Assembly (NCBI GenBank): GCA_964036045.1
Contig: OZ038378.1
Location: 156,426,001-156,490,000, forward strand
DNA: 64,000 nucleotides
Reading direction: 5' to 3'
From: Eutreptiella sp. 'Long Island Sound 2002'
Lineage: Eukaryota; Protista; Euglenida
The position numbers were made by a program, and so were the translations under genes. The notes under the pieces are model-generated. The model was not told the DNA's origin and made no database searches. It worked only from the letters and a program-made list of their open reading frames with translations. How positions within the stretch are numbered: position 1 is the stretch's first letter; each line of letters opens with the position of its first letter. Shown here in pieces: positions 21,900 to 34,600 of this stretch.

Positions 21900-23270
21900 T
21901 GTACAGTTGTCGTGCACGTGCGGATGTGTCCACTTGGGCAGTCCCACATGGGTGAGTGTCAGTAATAGGACGTACCGGACCGGCAGGCCACAAAAGTGCC
22001 ACCTGTGCTGACGTCGTAGCTTGGGCCGCTGGCGTCGTGGCGCACCGCTACTACACCCAAGGTAGCACAATGATGGTAGTTGCACCACATGCATCGGTGA
22101 ACACATAGAAGTGACCCGGCCGCTCCATAGCAGTGTATACAAGAGGAACAGGTAAGGGAGGTACTTGATCCATCGTGCTCTCCACAAGTACCGTGTCTGG
22201 CGATGGAGGCGTGCAACGCCCAGATCATTGCCTTACTTATAATTGCACTGAGGCCGTTTCCTCCGGCGGCAGGGCTTCGTGAAACGCTAGTTCGGTAGCC
22301 GTCCGCCTGTGGTCCTCCGCCTGCACTGCCTCCTCAGCGCCCAAGGAACGGTCGATCTCGAATCGCCACCAGTTCGGGTCCACGTTGGTGTCATTGGTTT
22401 CGGGCAGCTGTCAAAACAGGGCCTCGGCTTCGTCGGGTGCATCGCGGCCCATAAAAGTGGATTCCCCCGCAGCCAGATCGAATACCACGCCATGAGCCAA
22501 AGCTGCACTGGATGTGTGCTTGTAGCGAATCCTGCAATCCACTTTGCCCCGGAGATGATGTTGTCCGTTCTTGTCGGCATCGTCAACACTGTAAAACGCC
22601 CCAAATTGCGCTGCACATAACTAGATGGTCTCGAGCGGGGCGGCTGGGGCTGCATGGAGTCCAATTTCATTGGGATGTTGTTGTTGTTGTTGTTGTTGTT
22701 GTTGCGGTGTGTCGCGACTTGGTGCTCCGGAACCCAATTGGCCGAACCATACGTGTTCATTAGAGTGTACATGCTTCAAAAACAAGTGACCGCCCGTCTA
22801 GAGACGCATGGCTAGTTCTGTGATGGGGACATCCGGCGAAATGTGGTTGAGGCGCTGGAAGCGCATATGCGGTACACCTTGAGGAAAGAAGTGCGTTAGA
22901 AACATACCTGTGCGGTCTCGATCGGCAGGCTCGTGCACCTCAAGGGCTCCGTAAAGTTCCGCCCCCAAGTCCGCCGCACATTGCACGAAAGAGACCGACA
23001 CGGTGTTTCCCTTCTGTGGTTTTGCTTGCTATATCATGTGGAGATGCGCATCGTCGGTCAGCTCGACAAACTGGGGTGGCGGATCTTCACGTCGCAGGAC
23101 CTCAAGAACGGCTGACGTATATGGGGCCGGGCAAGTGTACTCGAACAACTGGAGGAACTCGTCTGGTCGCGGCAGTTGCCGTACGCCGGCCCAGGGAATC
23201 TTGGAGTGTCGCTTGGCTGTTGCTGTGCCGACTTCGTCACTATCATTCAGCTAACGCAGGAAAGCGTCGT
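21900..23270 (-). pseudogene. Probable LINE ORF1 remnant
   Basis: Fragmented coding-like ORFs directly upstream of the APE on the same strand; no motif recognised. Confidence 0.4.
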
Positions 23271-25267
23271 GGGAATCGATGAATGCGGGCATCACTACTC
23301 GCCAGACGGTCGGTGGCATCTCCGGGATCATCCTTGGTGGGCATTCTAACAATTCGGAAAAATCGGATATCGGCAATACTCGGAGGTCATTTCCAAAACA
23401 ATCGGCACAAACAGTTATTTTGAAAACCCATTCCAACCAAGTAATCGGAACGGTTGCAAATTTTTGAGGTTCTATTAAGCAATACATTTTGTCCGATTTT
23501 TGCACTAAGGGAGGCTTTGGTAGCAATAAACTATAGGCGATAGTGAATTAAAACTTCCGAGGTAGCTTTGATCATTGTGCTCCGACTTGTATGGGCTCTC
23601 TTCTAACTGATGGCAAAGTTTTGGTTAGTGAGGGCAATTAATCGGAAAAACTGGATATTTTGAAAACCATTCATCGGCAAAACCGGTTATTTTTGTAAAA
23701 AAAAATTGTTAAAACCCGGTTATTTTGCCATCGAAACTACCAGGTTCCAAACCTTAGTTACTTGCACCAAATAAAGCAAAGATCTTTCCGGGGTAACACC
23801 GTAGAAAATTAACAAAAAACCTCCACACGGTGGGATCTCTGCTGGCTGCATCACGATGAAGTCAAACATCCGCTATTGACAAATTGTCAAAGGCTACTAG
23901 GCAGAATCCGAACAATGTCACACAACACAACACAACAGAACACAACCCATGCAGGACAGTAAAAAACTTCATTCAGGGAAAAACTCAGAAATGGCCCCAT
24001 TGAAACTACAGCTTGTTTGAAAACTCAAAAATAGGCATGTGTTTTTTTTGGCATAAAAACCCACAATGTGTCTCCAAATCCTTGGTGGCACATGTTTGTT
24101 CTAAAAACCTTCACAACTGGTTTACAATTGAATTTGTTCACCCAAAGTGTTTTAAATGAATTATTGTTTCCTTCATTGCAATTTTGATTACCGGTTTTTT
24201 TGGTCCTACCTTGTATTACACACCCTTTTGCCATCCACATTTTTGCTTAGATCTCTGCATTATTTCCATCTGTTTTAGTGCCGGTTTCATTTTGGTAGAT
24301 TTTTTTCGTACATTGAAATTTGGACCACTGTTGGAGAAAAAGCTCATGGAATCCCTACAATATTTTGGAAATAGGAAAACCTCTTGCTTTTCTAGGCTAC
24401 AAAGATCCAACACTGCACATTCAATTTGGATTGAAATTGTGTTCAATAAGAATCCACACAACACAGAAGGGCTGTAGACAAAAATAGGCAAAGATAACTT
24501 ACAACACAAATGAGATGCAAACCTTTTTGTACGTAAAACATCACAACATTCACGTATATTAGGCTGAATTCACCACTTGATGTGCACTGTTTTCTTGGAT
24601 AGGTAATCCGTCAGGAATTTGGGACATGTAGGTTGGGCTAAACACAGAATATGGCTTGGTAAGCTTGGCCACGCAACTGAATTCAGAAACTGTTACAAAA
24701 TACAACCACAATAAGTAGATGGAAATTCAGAGTATCTTGGTTTAGGGGTGGGAGACCACTAGGCTTGACCTTTCAAGAAAAAGGCATGAAGTGCCTACTC
24801 TATTTCGGTATATACCTCCATGAAGGATGGTACCTCCGCTCCCTTGAGTGGTAGGGGTGAAATTCATGGGTGGCTAGGGTAATAACCCTAGTAACTTTGA
24901 GAAATGTGCTTGAATGCTTCAAAAAAAAAAAGAATGGCAGTTAAAAATGTTAGTCACAGGTACTTCTTAGTGAATAGGGGGGCCTTGGCCTGGATCAAGT
25001 ACCCCACAAAAGACATGGACAGTGACTTATTCTTACTCCCCCTTGGAGTAATGGGTGATCAAGCTAGTAGGACCAAGGAAAAAGGCTCAAAATCCCAGGA
25101 AATTCCCATTAGAGTGCCCAATACCTTCAAATATCACTCTCATCAGTTCATAGAAACATTTTACACCGTGGGTACCGATTGACAACAGTGTCATGCACCG
25201 TGTATGATGTCCTAATCGAGGAGCATTCCTCAGATGTTCCCCAAAATGGGTGAAAATACTTGGCAAA

Positions 25268-25345
25268 AAGTTGAGGGTACAGGGGTTAGAACCCATGACC
25301 TCCTCCCTATAGCACACATGGTTAACCATTGCAGTATGAACGATT
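25268..25345 (-). other. tRNA-like A/B-box relic (possible SINE head)
   Basis: TACTGCAATGGTTA ... GTCATGGGTTCTAACCCC followed by a T-run; no full cloverleaf. Confidence 0.3.
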
Positions 25346-25599
25346 GTTCTTATGCGAATGGTCATGGTTGTATAAACGGCGTTTTAGTGAAGGTCTTGAC
25401 CAACGGTCACGGCAAAGCAATACTCCAAATGAAAGTCACAAACTTCAGGAGCCGAAAAAAAAAAGGGAAAAGAAAACGAAACCTACAGGGTGTGAAACCT
25501 GAAATTTAGCAAAAAGAAAAGCGATTTTAGAAATCAAATCGCTAAAATTTGACGTACATTGGTGTATCTGAACTAAAACCTGTGGCCGCGGGCTGTGAC

Positions 25600-26020
25600 A
25601 GAAGCAGTGCAACCACACCACACCAAAAAACAAAGGTGTGCAAGAGCAATATTATCACGAGCAATATTACCATGCCATTCCGGGGCTTCCTAGAGCAGGG
25701 AGGAGACACGGCAAAATGGCCCCTGCTGTCCAAGGCAGAAGAATTGGATCCTCTAACAGTGGTGGTTGAGGGTGTTTAGGCCTAAAATTGGAGCAGTGAT
25801 GTAAGCACTTGTGAGGTGGGCACAAACCACCACGCAACAAAGCACCACAAAGCACAGCAAAAAAAAATAAATATGAAACAGCACACCAATAGTGCCACAC
25901 AGCACAACACCAAACACCACAACAAAACAGTGCAAAACAAAGCATGACAAGACAACATGCAACACAAAAAAAAACATGACATCACAAAGCACGGCCAAGC
26001 ATGCAACGATAAAGCTTTTT
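25600..26020. repeat. CA-rich low-complexity tract (CACAA/CACAG); similar tracts at ~23920 and 35450-35540
   Basis: Direct reading. Confidence 0.7.
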
Positions 26021-26505
26021 TTCTTTTCTTTTCCGGCTCAACAAGTTCAACAATTCCATGGAGTACAGTATGAGCTCTCGGGCAGCAGCCTGGGTCAAAA
26101 AGTAGGGCATATCGTACAAACGAGGGTTCCACATGCATCATGTGTCCCAGCCTCACCTGGGGAACCTGCTCTGTTCAATACTTGCTTGGTCTACCCCTCG
26201 TGTATGCACCATATAGTGCCATGCCTAACGGCTTTATGTTGTAGGCTCACGTGTCCTCTCATGTTCCCCAGGTGATGCTCTTACCAATTCAGGTTAACAG
26301 CAGGGCGGCCTTAGGAGCTGCCTGGGGAAGGCAAGGAGCGTGTTGCAGAGAGCTCATTGCTCAAAGGTTGGACATGGGTTTAGAAAGGAAGTGGTTAATG
26401 ATGAGGCAATGCGAGGAACGGGTCAGCTACTAAGAGGGGGCACCGGATGGGGTTTGTGAGCTTCGGAGGTTCCCGGTGACACAGCTCAGAACTGGGGTGC
26501 ACCCG

Positions 26506-26789
26506 GTTCGAATCCAGGACCCATCTGTGCAAGGCTGGAGGGGAGATGGAGTAAGGGGTGCTGGTGTTTGGGTAATGCAGTGCAACTAATGTCCAGTGCC
26601 ACGTCTTCTGTGGTAATCATTACTTGATTTTGGTGATCAACGTCAGTTCGAATCCAGGACCCATCTGTGCAAGGCTGGAGGGGAGATGGAGTAAGGGGTG
26701 CTGGTGTTTGGGTAATGCAGTGCAACTAATGTCCAGTGCCACGTCTTCTGTGGTAATCATTACTTGATTTTGGTGATCAACGTCAGTTC
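26506..26789. repeat. Perfect ~140-bp tandem duplication starting at GTTCGAATCC
   Basis: Two essentially identical copies starting near 26506 and 26646. Confidence 0.9.
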
Positions 26790-28284
26790 AGTGCTGGGGG
26801 GCAGTGTGTGTGTGTGTGTGTGTTATATGTGGGCCGCCTAGTTTTGGTCTCACAACCTGTGCAAGAAAATTATCATGAAGCCCAAAGGGCTGGAACAGGC
26901 CTTTGCTTACTGACGGGAGGTGGGGGGGTCAAATGACAAGGGCAGACACCCACTTTTTGCTAGAGGCACAGCTCTTGGCCTACCCTCATGGGGGGGGGGG
27001 TCAACCTCAGGAGGCACCCACCCACAAACCATAGAGCCTCTTGGGTGAAGGTGTCTACTCGGAAAGCATGCACTGCAGCCCGTTCAAGCTGGTGACAGTC
27101 ATCAACACCAGGCAACAGGTCATGCAGAAAATGGTCTCGGACATACCTGTGCAGATTGTGATTCCAGCACAGCACAGCACAGCAGGCACAGGTCACAGCA
27201 AAGCACAAGCAACACCCCCATAGTTCAGGGCCCTGACGCTCCATGATTCAGGGCCCTGACGGGGACATTCGTCAAAGGGGACAAAAAAAGAGGACCCAGT
27301 GACCTAACCCCTACCCCGGGGGGGGGGGGGTGTCCCGGCTGAAGGAGGCACCTACTTTTTTCAAAAAGGTACCCCCCCCCCGTAGGGTAGACAGGCCACT
27401 AAGCAAAGGCCTGGCCAGAAGGTGGCAGGTAGTGCTGGATCTGGCAGTGCCACAGACTGCTGTACTGCAGGGCCATAAGGAAGGCCCCTGACATACCGTC
27501 CGTATGACGACAGCCAAACGTTTTGTAGTTTAGGTCATACATGTGTGTCAGCCAGACAGACACCGCAGATGGACCCTCCAGGCCTACAACCCTAACCCCC
27601 CCCCCCCCCGCCCCCAAAAGGGCCAAACCCTGCCCCTTGACCCCGCCCCATTTACAAGGAGCTCGCTGGGGGGTCAGCCACAGAGGCAGGAATAGAAGGC
27701 AGGAAGGGGGATAGGAAAGGGACCACAGATGCCATGATGGCAATCCAGCAACACAAAAGGGGGGGGGGGGGCTGCCTCCTGCCACAGGCACTTTTGGGGG
27801 TGATTATTCTGGGTACAGACGGACTCTTTGCACTCTTCCTGGGTTGCCCCCAGGTGCCCTGATAAGTGTACCGTGCACGCGGCGCCGCATGCTCCCGGTG
27901 ATTGACAACAATCGGGCTGACGATGTGCGTGTTTGAAAATTTCTGAATCAAATTCTACCGCCTTCGGCAGTGCACCTCGAAGAGAGGCTGACAGTCAGCC
28001 AATCAGTCAGTCAGGCAGTCAGTCACACAGTCAGTCGGGCAAGCAGGCAGGCAGACAGGCAGACAGGAACACACAGTTTGGGTCTTTCAGTGACGGACTC
28101 GGCTACAAGCAGTGGGGAGCCCCTTGTGTATCAGAGCAGTCAGCGGTCGAGTGAAAATGCACTCAACCGCCAACAGTCAGGTTGGCGGTTCGACTCCCGG
28201 CCGGCCGACCGCCGGCCGCGCTGGTCGCCCTGAAGTTTTGCTGCACCTGACCCTTGTTCAAATCCTTCTGAGCACAAACTTTGG

Positions 28285-28515
28285 AACCCCCCCCCCCCAA
28301 AAAAAATGTGATATCCAGTCTCAGGGGATAGAGGCCTCCGAATCAAAAAATCCATTTCGGGGTCATCTTATTGGGCAAAATAATGATTTTACAAGGGGTT
28401 GGACATCCAATATCATGCCTTGGGGTATGCTACGTGAACGACCCCCCAAAAGGGGGTATACGGCGCACGTGCCTGCGCTTGATCTAACAACCTCTCTTCG
28501 AGGTGATTTCATACA
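28285..28515. repeat. ~230-bp dispersed repeat, inverted copy of 19085-19325
   Basis: Reverse-complement match. Confidence 0.85.
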
Positions 28516-28605
28516 GAACTCAGTGTGCACCCTGCGCATAGCCTGAAGGAAGGGTGGGGGCAACGTGGGTTGGCACGGAGCGGATTCCTATTGAGGCAAG
28601 GCCCA

Positions 28606-31600
28606 TCAGATCTTAGGAGAAGCAGTGAACCGGGGCGCCGAAACGGGGCGCTTGACAAGTGATCCGGATGACAGCACTTTGGAGGGGGTGTACGGGGCTG
28701 CGCTACTGCGGGCGGCTGCCACGGCGTCAGTGGCCCTGACGCCTTTTTTGCGGTGGTGGCCCACGGCCTTCTTGGAAGGCTTCGGTGTGTCGAGCAGCGG
28801 AACCATCCCAGTGCTCAATCCCAACGCCTTCACGATCGGATTTGCCGGAGGTTGTTGCCTGGCCGGCGCACGTCCAGTCGCGTTGACAGTCCTGAGCATG
28901 TCCATTTCAACATCGTCCAACAAATCCGCTGCCAAGGCGGTGGAGTCCAAGACATGCGTACCCGCGAGCTTCGTCACCTGCGCCCGCGGCAACGACACAA
29001 AGAGGGAATCCGACGTCTTCTGTGCACTGTCAGCCAGGGAGGAACCCAACCGTGGGAGGGCAGAAGTGGGACGCAACTTGGAACGGCCTTTGGGTGACGG
29101 GGAGCGCTGCCGAGCGGGTCTCGATCGCTTGAGGGGGGTCGACGTAGCTCTGTCATAGGGGCCAAAGAGGGTGACTGAACTGCCCAAGGAGCTGGAGTGC
29201 AGCCGTGTCGGGGAGGCCCCGCGCGAGTCCGACTTTATTTGGCTTGCGCTTTGGCTCATAGACGTGTCGTTGAGCGCGGCGGCGGTGGGCACAAGGATAG
29301 CCTTGGACTTGGGGTGGTCGACGTGCGCAATGAAGTCGAGGTTTGAGTCCAGCGTTTGACGCATCACCAATTCTCTGCGGAACGAGAGCTTCTCCACCAG
29401 CAAGTACGTGCGCGCCTCCAGGCGTTCGAACACGGGCATCTCCCGCACCTCCTTCTCCAATCCGGCCCAATGCTCGCGCGCCTCCGCCCATGACTGAGCC
29501 GTGTGATGCATCAGACGGATGCGCTGCAGGAGACGCGCCACTTCCGGGGGCAGCTCCGGCACAATGGATTGCTGCATTGGCGCTTGCTCAAGTTTGTCAT
29601 CGGCAGAGGTTTCTCCATCACTTGCTTCCTTCGGCACATCTGCCTCAGGGGCCGGGGGCGTCTCTGGTTTGGATGGCGTGACTGGACGGGCCTCGTTGGG
29701 ATACAACGCCTGGTTGAGTACGCGCTCGATCCTGGACATGATGACGGCCACTGTGGTGGCCTCCTTGAAGTTGCTTTCGTTCATGAACCGCTCCCGAACG
29801 CCGGTGAGAGCCCGCAGCTCGTCGCACACGGCCCTCAGGTCCTCGACCAGCTCGTTTTGCATCATTGCGATCGGGCCTCCCCCCTTGGCACCGGTGGTCA
29901 GCCCTAATTGGGTGGCCCATCCTTCTTCAATGGTCCACGACAACGCAGGGAACCAACTGTCTGGATCCACGTCCTCAGCAGTCGCAGCCACACCGAGGCC
30001 ACTGCCATCTGAGCCATTCGCTAGAATACCACTTGGCGTGGCTCCAGATTTGGCGGATGCGACGGACGCCACATCAGCCGGCGACGCTGCTCCGGGTTTG
30101 GGGGACGATTTGGGCGAACCGGGGCCCGCTCTGGCGGATGCGACGGGGGACGGGCCGTGGGGCAGACCCCCATGAGGTCTGGCAGAGGAGAGAGGCGTGG
30201 GGGCCTTTGCGAAGCCCGATTCGGAGGGAGATGGACTGCCCTTCGTGTCCTTGGGCTTGGGGTCTGGAGCGGCTGTTGGTACCGGTGATGGTGAGGGTGA
30301 CGGTGACCAGGGCCGCAGTCTTGTCGTAGTGTCTGTCTTGGCGGTCTTGCCGGTTTTGGCTGACGGGGACAGTCTCTGCGGCGCCGTGGAGGGCCGGCCT
30401 GCCATCGACGCTGGCGCAGACGTGTCCACGTACGACTTTGGAGGGCGGTAGAAGGCGGTGGCGGTGGCGTTTGTGAGATCAATGGTGCGCCGTGCCGCGC
30501 TTTTGCGAGAGCTGCTGAATGGCACGGAGGGTCGGAACGACGACAGAATGGGGACGGGCTGGTGCTCCTCGGCGGGTTCATCGTCCTGGCGCGGCTGGTA
30601 CAACTTATATGTGGAAGATGGGTTGTAAAGATCCTTTGCAGGTGTCGGCGGGGGCCTCGGGGGATCCTCCGCTGCAGCTTTAGCTTCTGTCGTCTTCTCG
30701 GCCTCGGAATCTACCTGAGTGTCCTCGGGCTTCCCAATGAAACTTCCCTGCACTGATGGGGCCTGGAATCCGGGTGCGGACCCTGCTGCTTCTGAGCCAG
30801 GGCCGCCGGGACCATAACGTGAGGACATCAAAGGGTCGGTGCCAAAGCGGGCAGAGACTGGCATCATTCCGGGGCCGAATCGCGCGGAGGGCGGTACCAT
30901 TCCGGGGCCGAATCGCGCGGAGGGCGGTACCATTCCAGGAGGATACCGTGCAGACATCCCCGGCGCTCCCCCTATAGAGGGAGGGTACCGCGCAGACATG
31001 CCGGGCGGTGCCATTCCAGGGGGGCCCATGCCCGGATGCCAGCGAGCCGACATCCCCGGCGCTCCCCCCATAGAGGGTGGGTACCGCGCAGACATGCCGG
31101 GCGGTGCCATTCCAGGGGGGCCCATGCCCGGATGCCAGCGAGCCGACATCCCCGGCGCTCCCCCCATAGAGGGTGGGTACCGCGCAGACATGCCGGGCGG
31201 TGCCATTCCAGGGGGGCCCATGCCCGGATGCCAGCGAGCCGACATCCCCGGCGCTCCCCCCATAGAGGGTGGGTACCGCGCAGACATGCCGGGCGGTGCC
31301 ATTCCAGGGGGGCCCATGCCCGGATGCCAGCGAGCCGACATCCCCGGCGCTCCCCCCATAGAGGGTGGGTACCGCGCAGACATGCCGGGTGCCATGCTTG
31401 CAGTAGATCCTGGTTTCATCATGCCCATAGAGCCCCAGGCTCCAGAGCGGTTTGTCATCATCCCTGGCATGCCTGGCCCGGGGACTCCAGAGCGGTTGGT
31501 CATCATCCCCTGCATGCCTGGCGCCATGACTCCGGAGCGATTTGTCATCATCCCAGCGGAGACGGGCCCCATTCCCATGGGACTGCCGGGCCCCATTGCC

Positions 31601-34600
31601 ATGGGACTTCCAGGCCCAATTCCCATGGGACCGCCGGGCCCCATCCCCATGACGCCGGTCGTCATGGGGCTGGCAGGACCCGCGCCCGTGGCATCCGGTG
31701 AAGGTGTCCTTGCCTTATCCTGTGGCCCGTTGCCCTCAAACGTACCCGGGTGCACCATCGCCTGCGAGTTGAAGGAATTGTTGTTGAAGGAGTTGTTGTT
31801 GAAGGAGGTATTGTCGAGGGGGTTGCTGCCGAAGAAATTGCTCTGGGACTGGGCCACCCCGAGGAAGGGGCTTGTGCCTCGCTGACTGGGATCCATGGAG
31901 CCTGTCTGACTGGGATGCAATGACAGCATGGAGCCCATCTGACTGGGGTCCATGGAGCCCCCCTGGAAGGGCTGGGTGCCAGGCTCGCGGTCCTTTGGCT
32001 CTTCACCTTCGACACCCTCCACGCCGATCTGCGGCTGTGCGGCCTGATCACCAAATGGAAAGGAATAACCCTCATGCGGACCGGCCTCTCCTTGCAAGCC
32101 TCCAACCCCAGGGTATTGTCCCTGCCAGCCTTGCCAGTACTCAGCGCCCGGGTACTGTCCGTGCCAACCTTCAGCCCCAGGGTACTGCCCCTGCCACCCT
32201 GCAGCCCCAGGGTACTGCCCCTGCCACCCTTCAGCTCCGGGGTACTGCCCCTGCCACCCTTCAGCTCCGGGGTACTGCCCCTGCCACCCTTCAGCTCCGG
32301 GGTACTGCCCCTGCCACCCTTCAGCTCCGGGGTACTGCCCCATGTACCCGTACTGCGCCCAGTCTTGGTACGGGTACTGCTGTCCATACGCGCCGTAGGC
32401 CCCCGGAGGAAACATGCCGCCGGCCTCGGGCACCCCAAACGGCCCAAAGGGGTGTCCCCCAAACGCCGCCTCCGGCCCCATGTACCCCATGGGCCCCGCG
32501 GGGCCGTACCCGACCTCCGGGTTCCATCCGTAAGTCTCCTGCGCGGCCTGTTGCTGGTGTGCCTCGGCCTGTCTGGCCTGCTCTTGCGCCTGCTCCTTCG
32601 CCTGCTCTTGCCTCATCTCTTGCTCTTCTTTGGTGAACCCCGAGATCTGCGACATGTCGCTCTGCCGCGTGGCCATCTTCGAGGGGTCCGACGAGTCCGT
32701 GAAGGAGCTGGACGAGCCCTCGGTCCCGGAGGACCGCGTCGAGGGCAGGGACGACAGCGACGGCGGGGCCACGGACGACGCGTCGGACGAGGCGGAGAGC
32801 TCGGAGTCCGCGCCGGCGGTGGGTATTTTGACGTCCGGCGACGAGACGGTCCGCTCGGAGGCGTGAAGGGGCGAGCTGGTCGAGTCGGACGCGGTGGTCG
32901 CGAAGGTGCCTGCGCTCGCGCCGCTCATGGGGCTCAAGGGGCTGGCGGGGCTTGAGGGCTCCAGGGCGTTGCTCCCGGGGTTTTCGGGATCGAGGGCTGA
33001 GGGGATCTGAGGGGAGTCTGGCTGTGGCTCGGGCCCCGGGTCTTTGAACGTCTCGTCAGTCACCGGACTGTCATCAAGCAACGCTGGACGCGCTGGCAGG
33101 TCTTGTGCCGACAGATACTTATCCTCGGTTTTGGCTTCCAGCTGCTTCCAAAGCCCCATTACCCTTTCCTGAGGGGTCTTGCTGTCGTCCAGCAGCGTGT
33201 TCAAGAACACCGCAAGATCATTGTCTAACACCAGATGAAAATCCTGCACAACCCGGGGGCCCGAGGGAGAGTCCATCGCATCCAAACTTCCACCGGAGCC
33301 TCCCGCAGAGTTCATGGCCGCGGGCGCACTAGGATCCTCCAATTCACGCTTCCGCTGTGCATCTCGCTCCCGGTCCTTTTGCTCGCGCCGTTGTTGGGTT
33401 GAGGCTGCAACTTCCAGGCGGTGATTCGTCTCCGCTGAGAATTCCTCCAGCGCGTTCTTAACCCCGTCAGTCATGTCATCCTTCAGCCCCATGATGGCCA
33501 AAGACTTCAAGAGGTCGTATGCATCTTTGATCTGGTGGCTGTACGAGTCCTGCAGAATCGCAAAACCTTGCTGCTGCTGCTCAAGCTGCTGGATCTGCCC
33601 TTCCAAGCGGCTGATGAATTTATCTTTTGAGTTGTGCTTGTGCAACAGATCCTTCAACTCACGGCCTGCTTTGTTCTGCTGCTCCTGCAAGACTCGCTTT
33701 CGCTCCTGCGCCAAGTCTTTCCCAAAACCCACGATGCTCTCCACTTTGTCGATCTCCTCTATGTTGGGCAGCTGAACGTTGAGTTCCTCCAACTTCCTGT
33801 AGCACTCCCTGATACCGCTGATGGCCAGCCTGTTGGCCTCCTCCTCCTCCGACAGTTCGGTCGCAGCCGTCTTCAGATCCTCGGCAATACCAACTTTATA
33901 ATTCACCCACTTGTCCAACTGCAGTTGCAAGTTCTGCCGCTCATCCTCAAGAGTCAGCGTGCGGGCCACGTTCTCGTCAAATTGAGCCTGCATTGCCTTT
34001 GCCTGCGCAATGGCCTTCTGCAACCTGCTGTCATGCAAATCCACCTCCTCTTGGAGCCTCTCCACACCCTCAAGATGCTCAACATTGAAATTATCCTTGA
34101 TTGCCTTCATCTCTTGCTGATATTTCGTGACTGCTACCTTTTGCTTGAACTTGGCCTCCTTCTTGATTTCCTCGGGTTTGGTTTGCAATGTCTGCTCAGA
34201 CTCTTCGATCTCAAGCCTCAAGTCCTGGATGTTCGATTTCATGATGGTGACCTCTTTTTCAATTTGGTTCTTCAGATTGGATTTAGCGGCAAGCATCTTC
34301 CGCTCATATTCTGCCGTGAGTTCCGCAACTTGGCTGTGAAGATGTTCCTTCTCCCTCTCGTACAACTGAACCAGGGCCTCTTTGTCTTCACTCGCAGCCT
34401 GCTTCAGCTTTTCCTCGACCTCGCGCAGGCGCGCTGCCATGTCCTCTGACAACACTTGGGTCTCTTCCATGATCTTCAGAATTCTCGAGGTGTCGCCTGG
34501 GAAACTGTCCTTGAGGATCGAGAGCTGAGTAATGGCCCCGCGAGCCATTTGGTTCATCTTCAAATCCTCTTGGGCCGAGAGCTCCAACAACTCATCCATG

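Noticed and set aside
23290-25560. AT-rich block with ATCGG...TTATTTTG repeats as a DNA transposon
   Set aside because: No TIR pair, TSD or transposase motif could be identified.
25268-26520. Functional tRNA genes
   Set aside because: Only box-like fragments are present; acceptor and anticodon stems cannot be folded.
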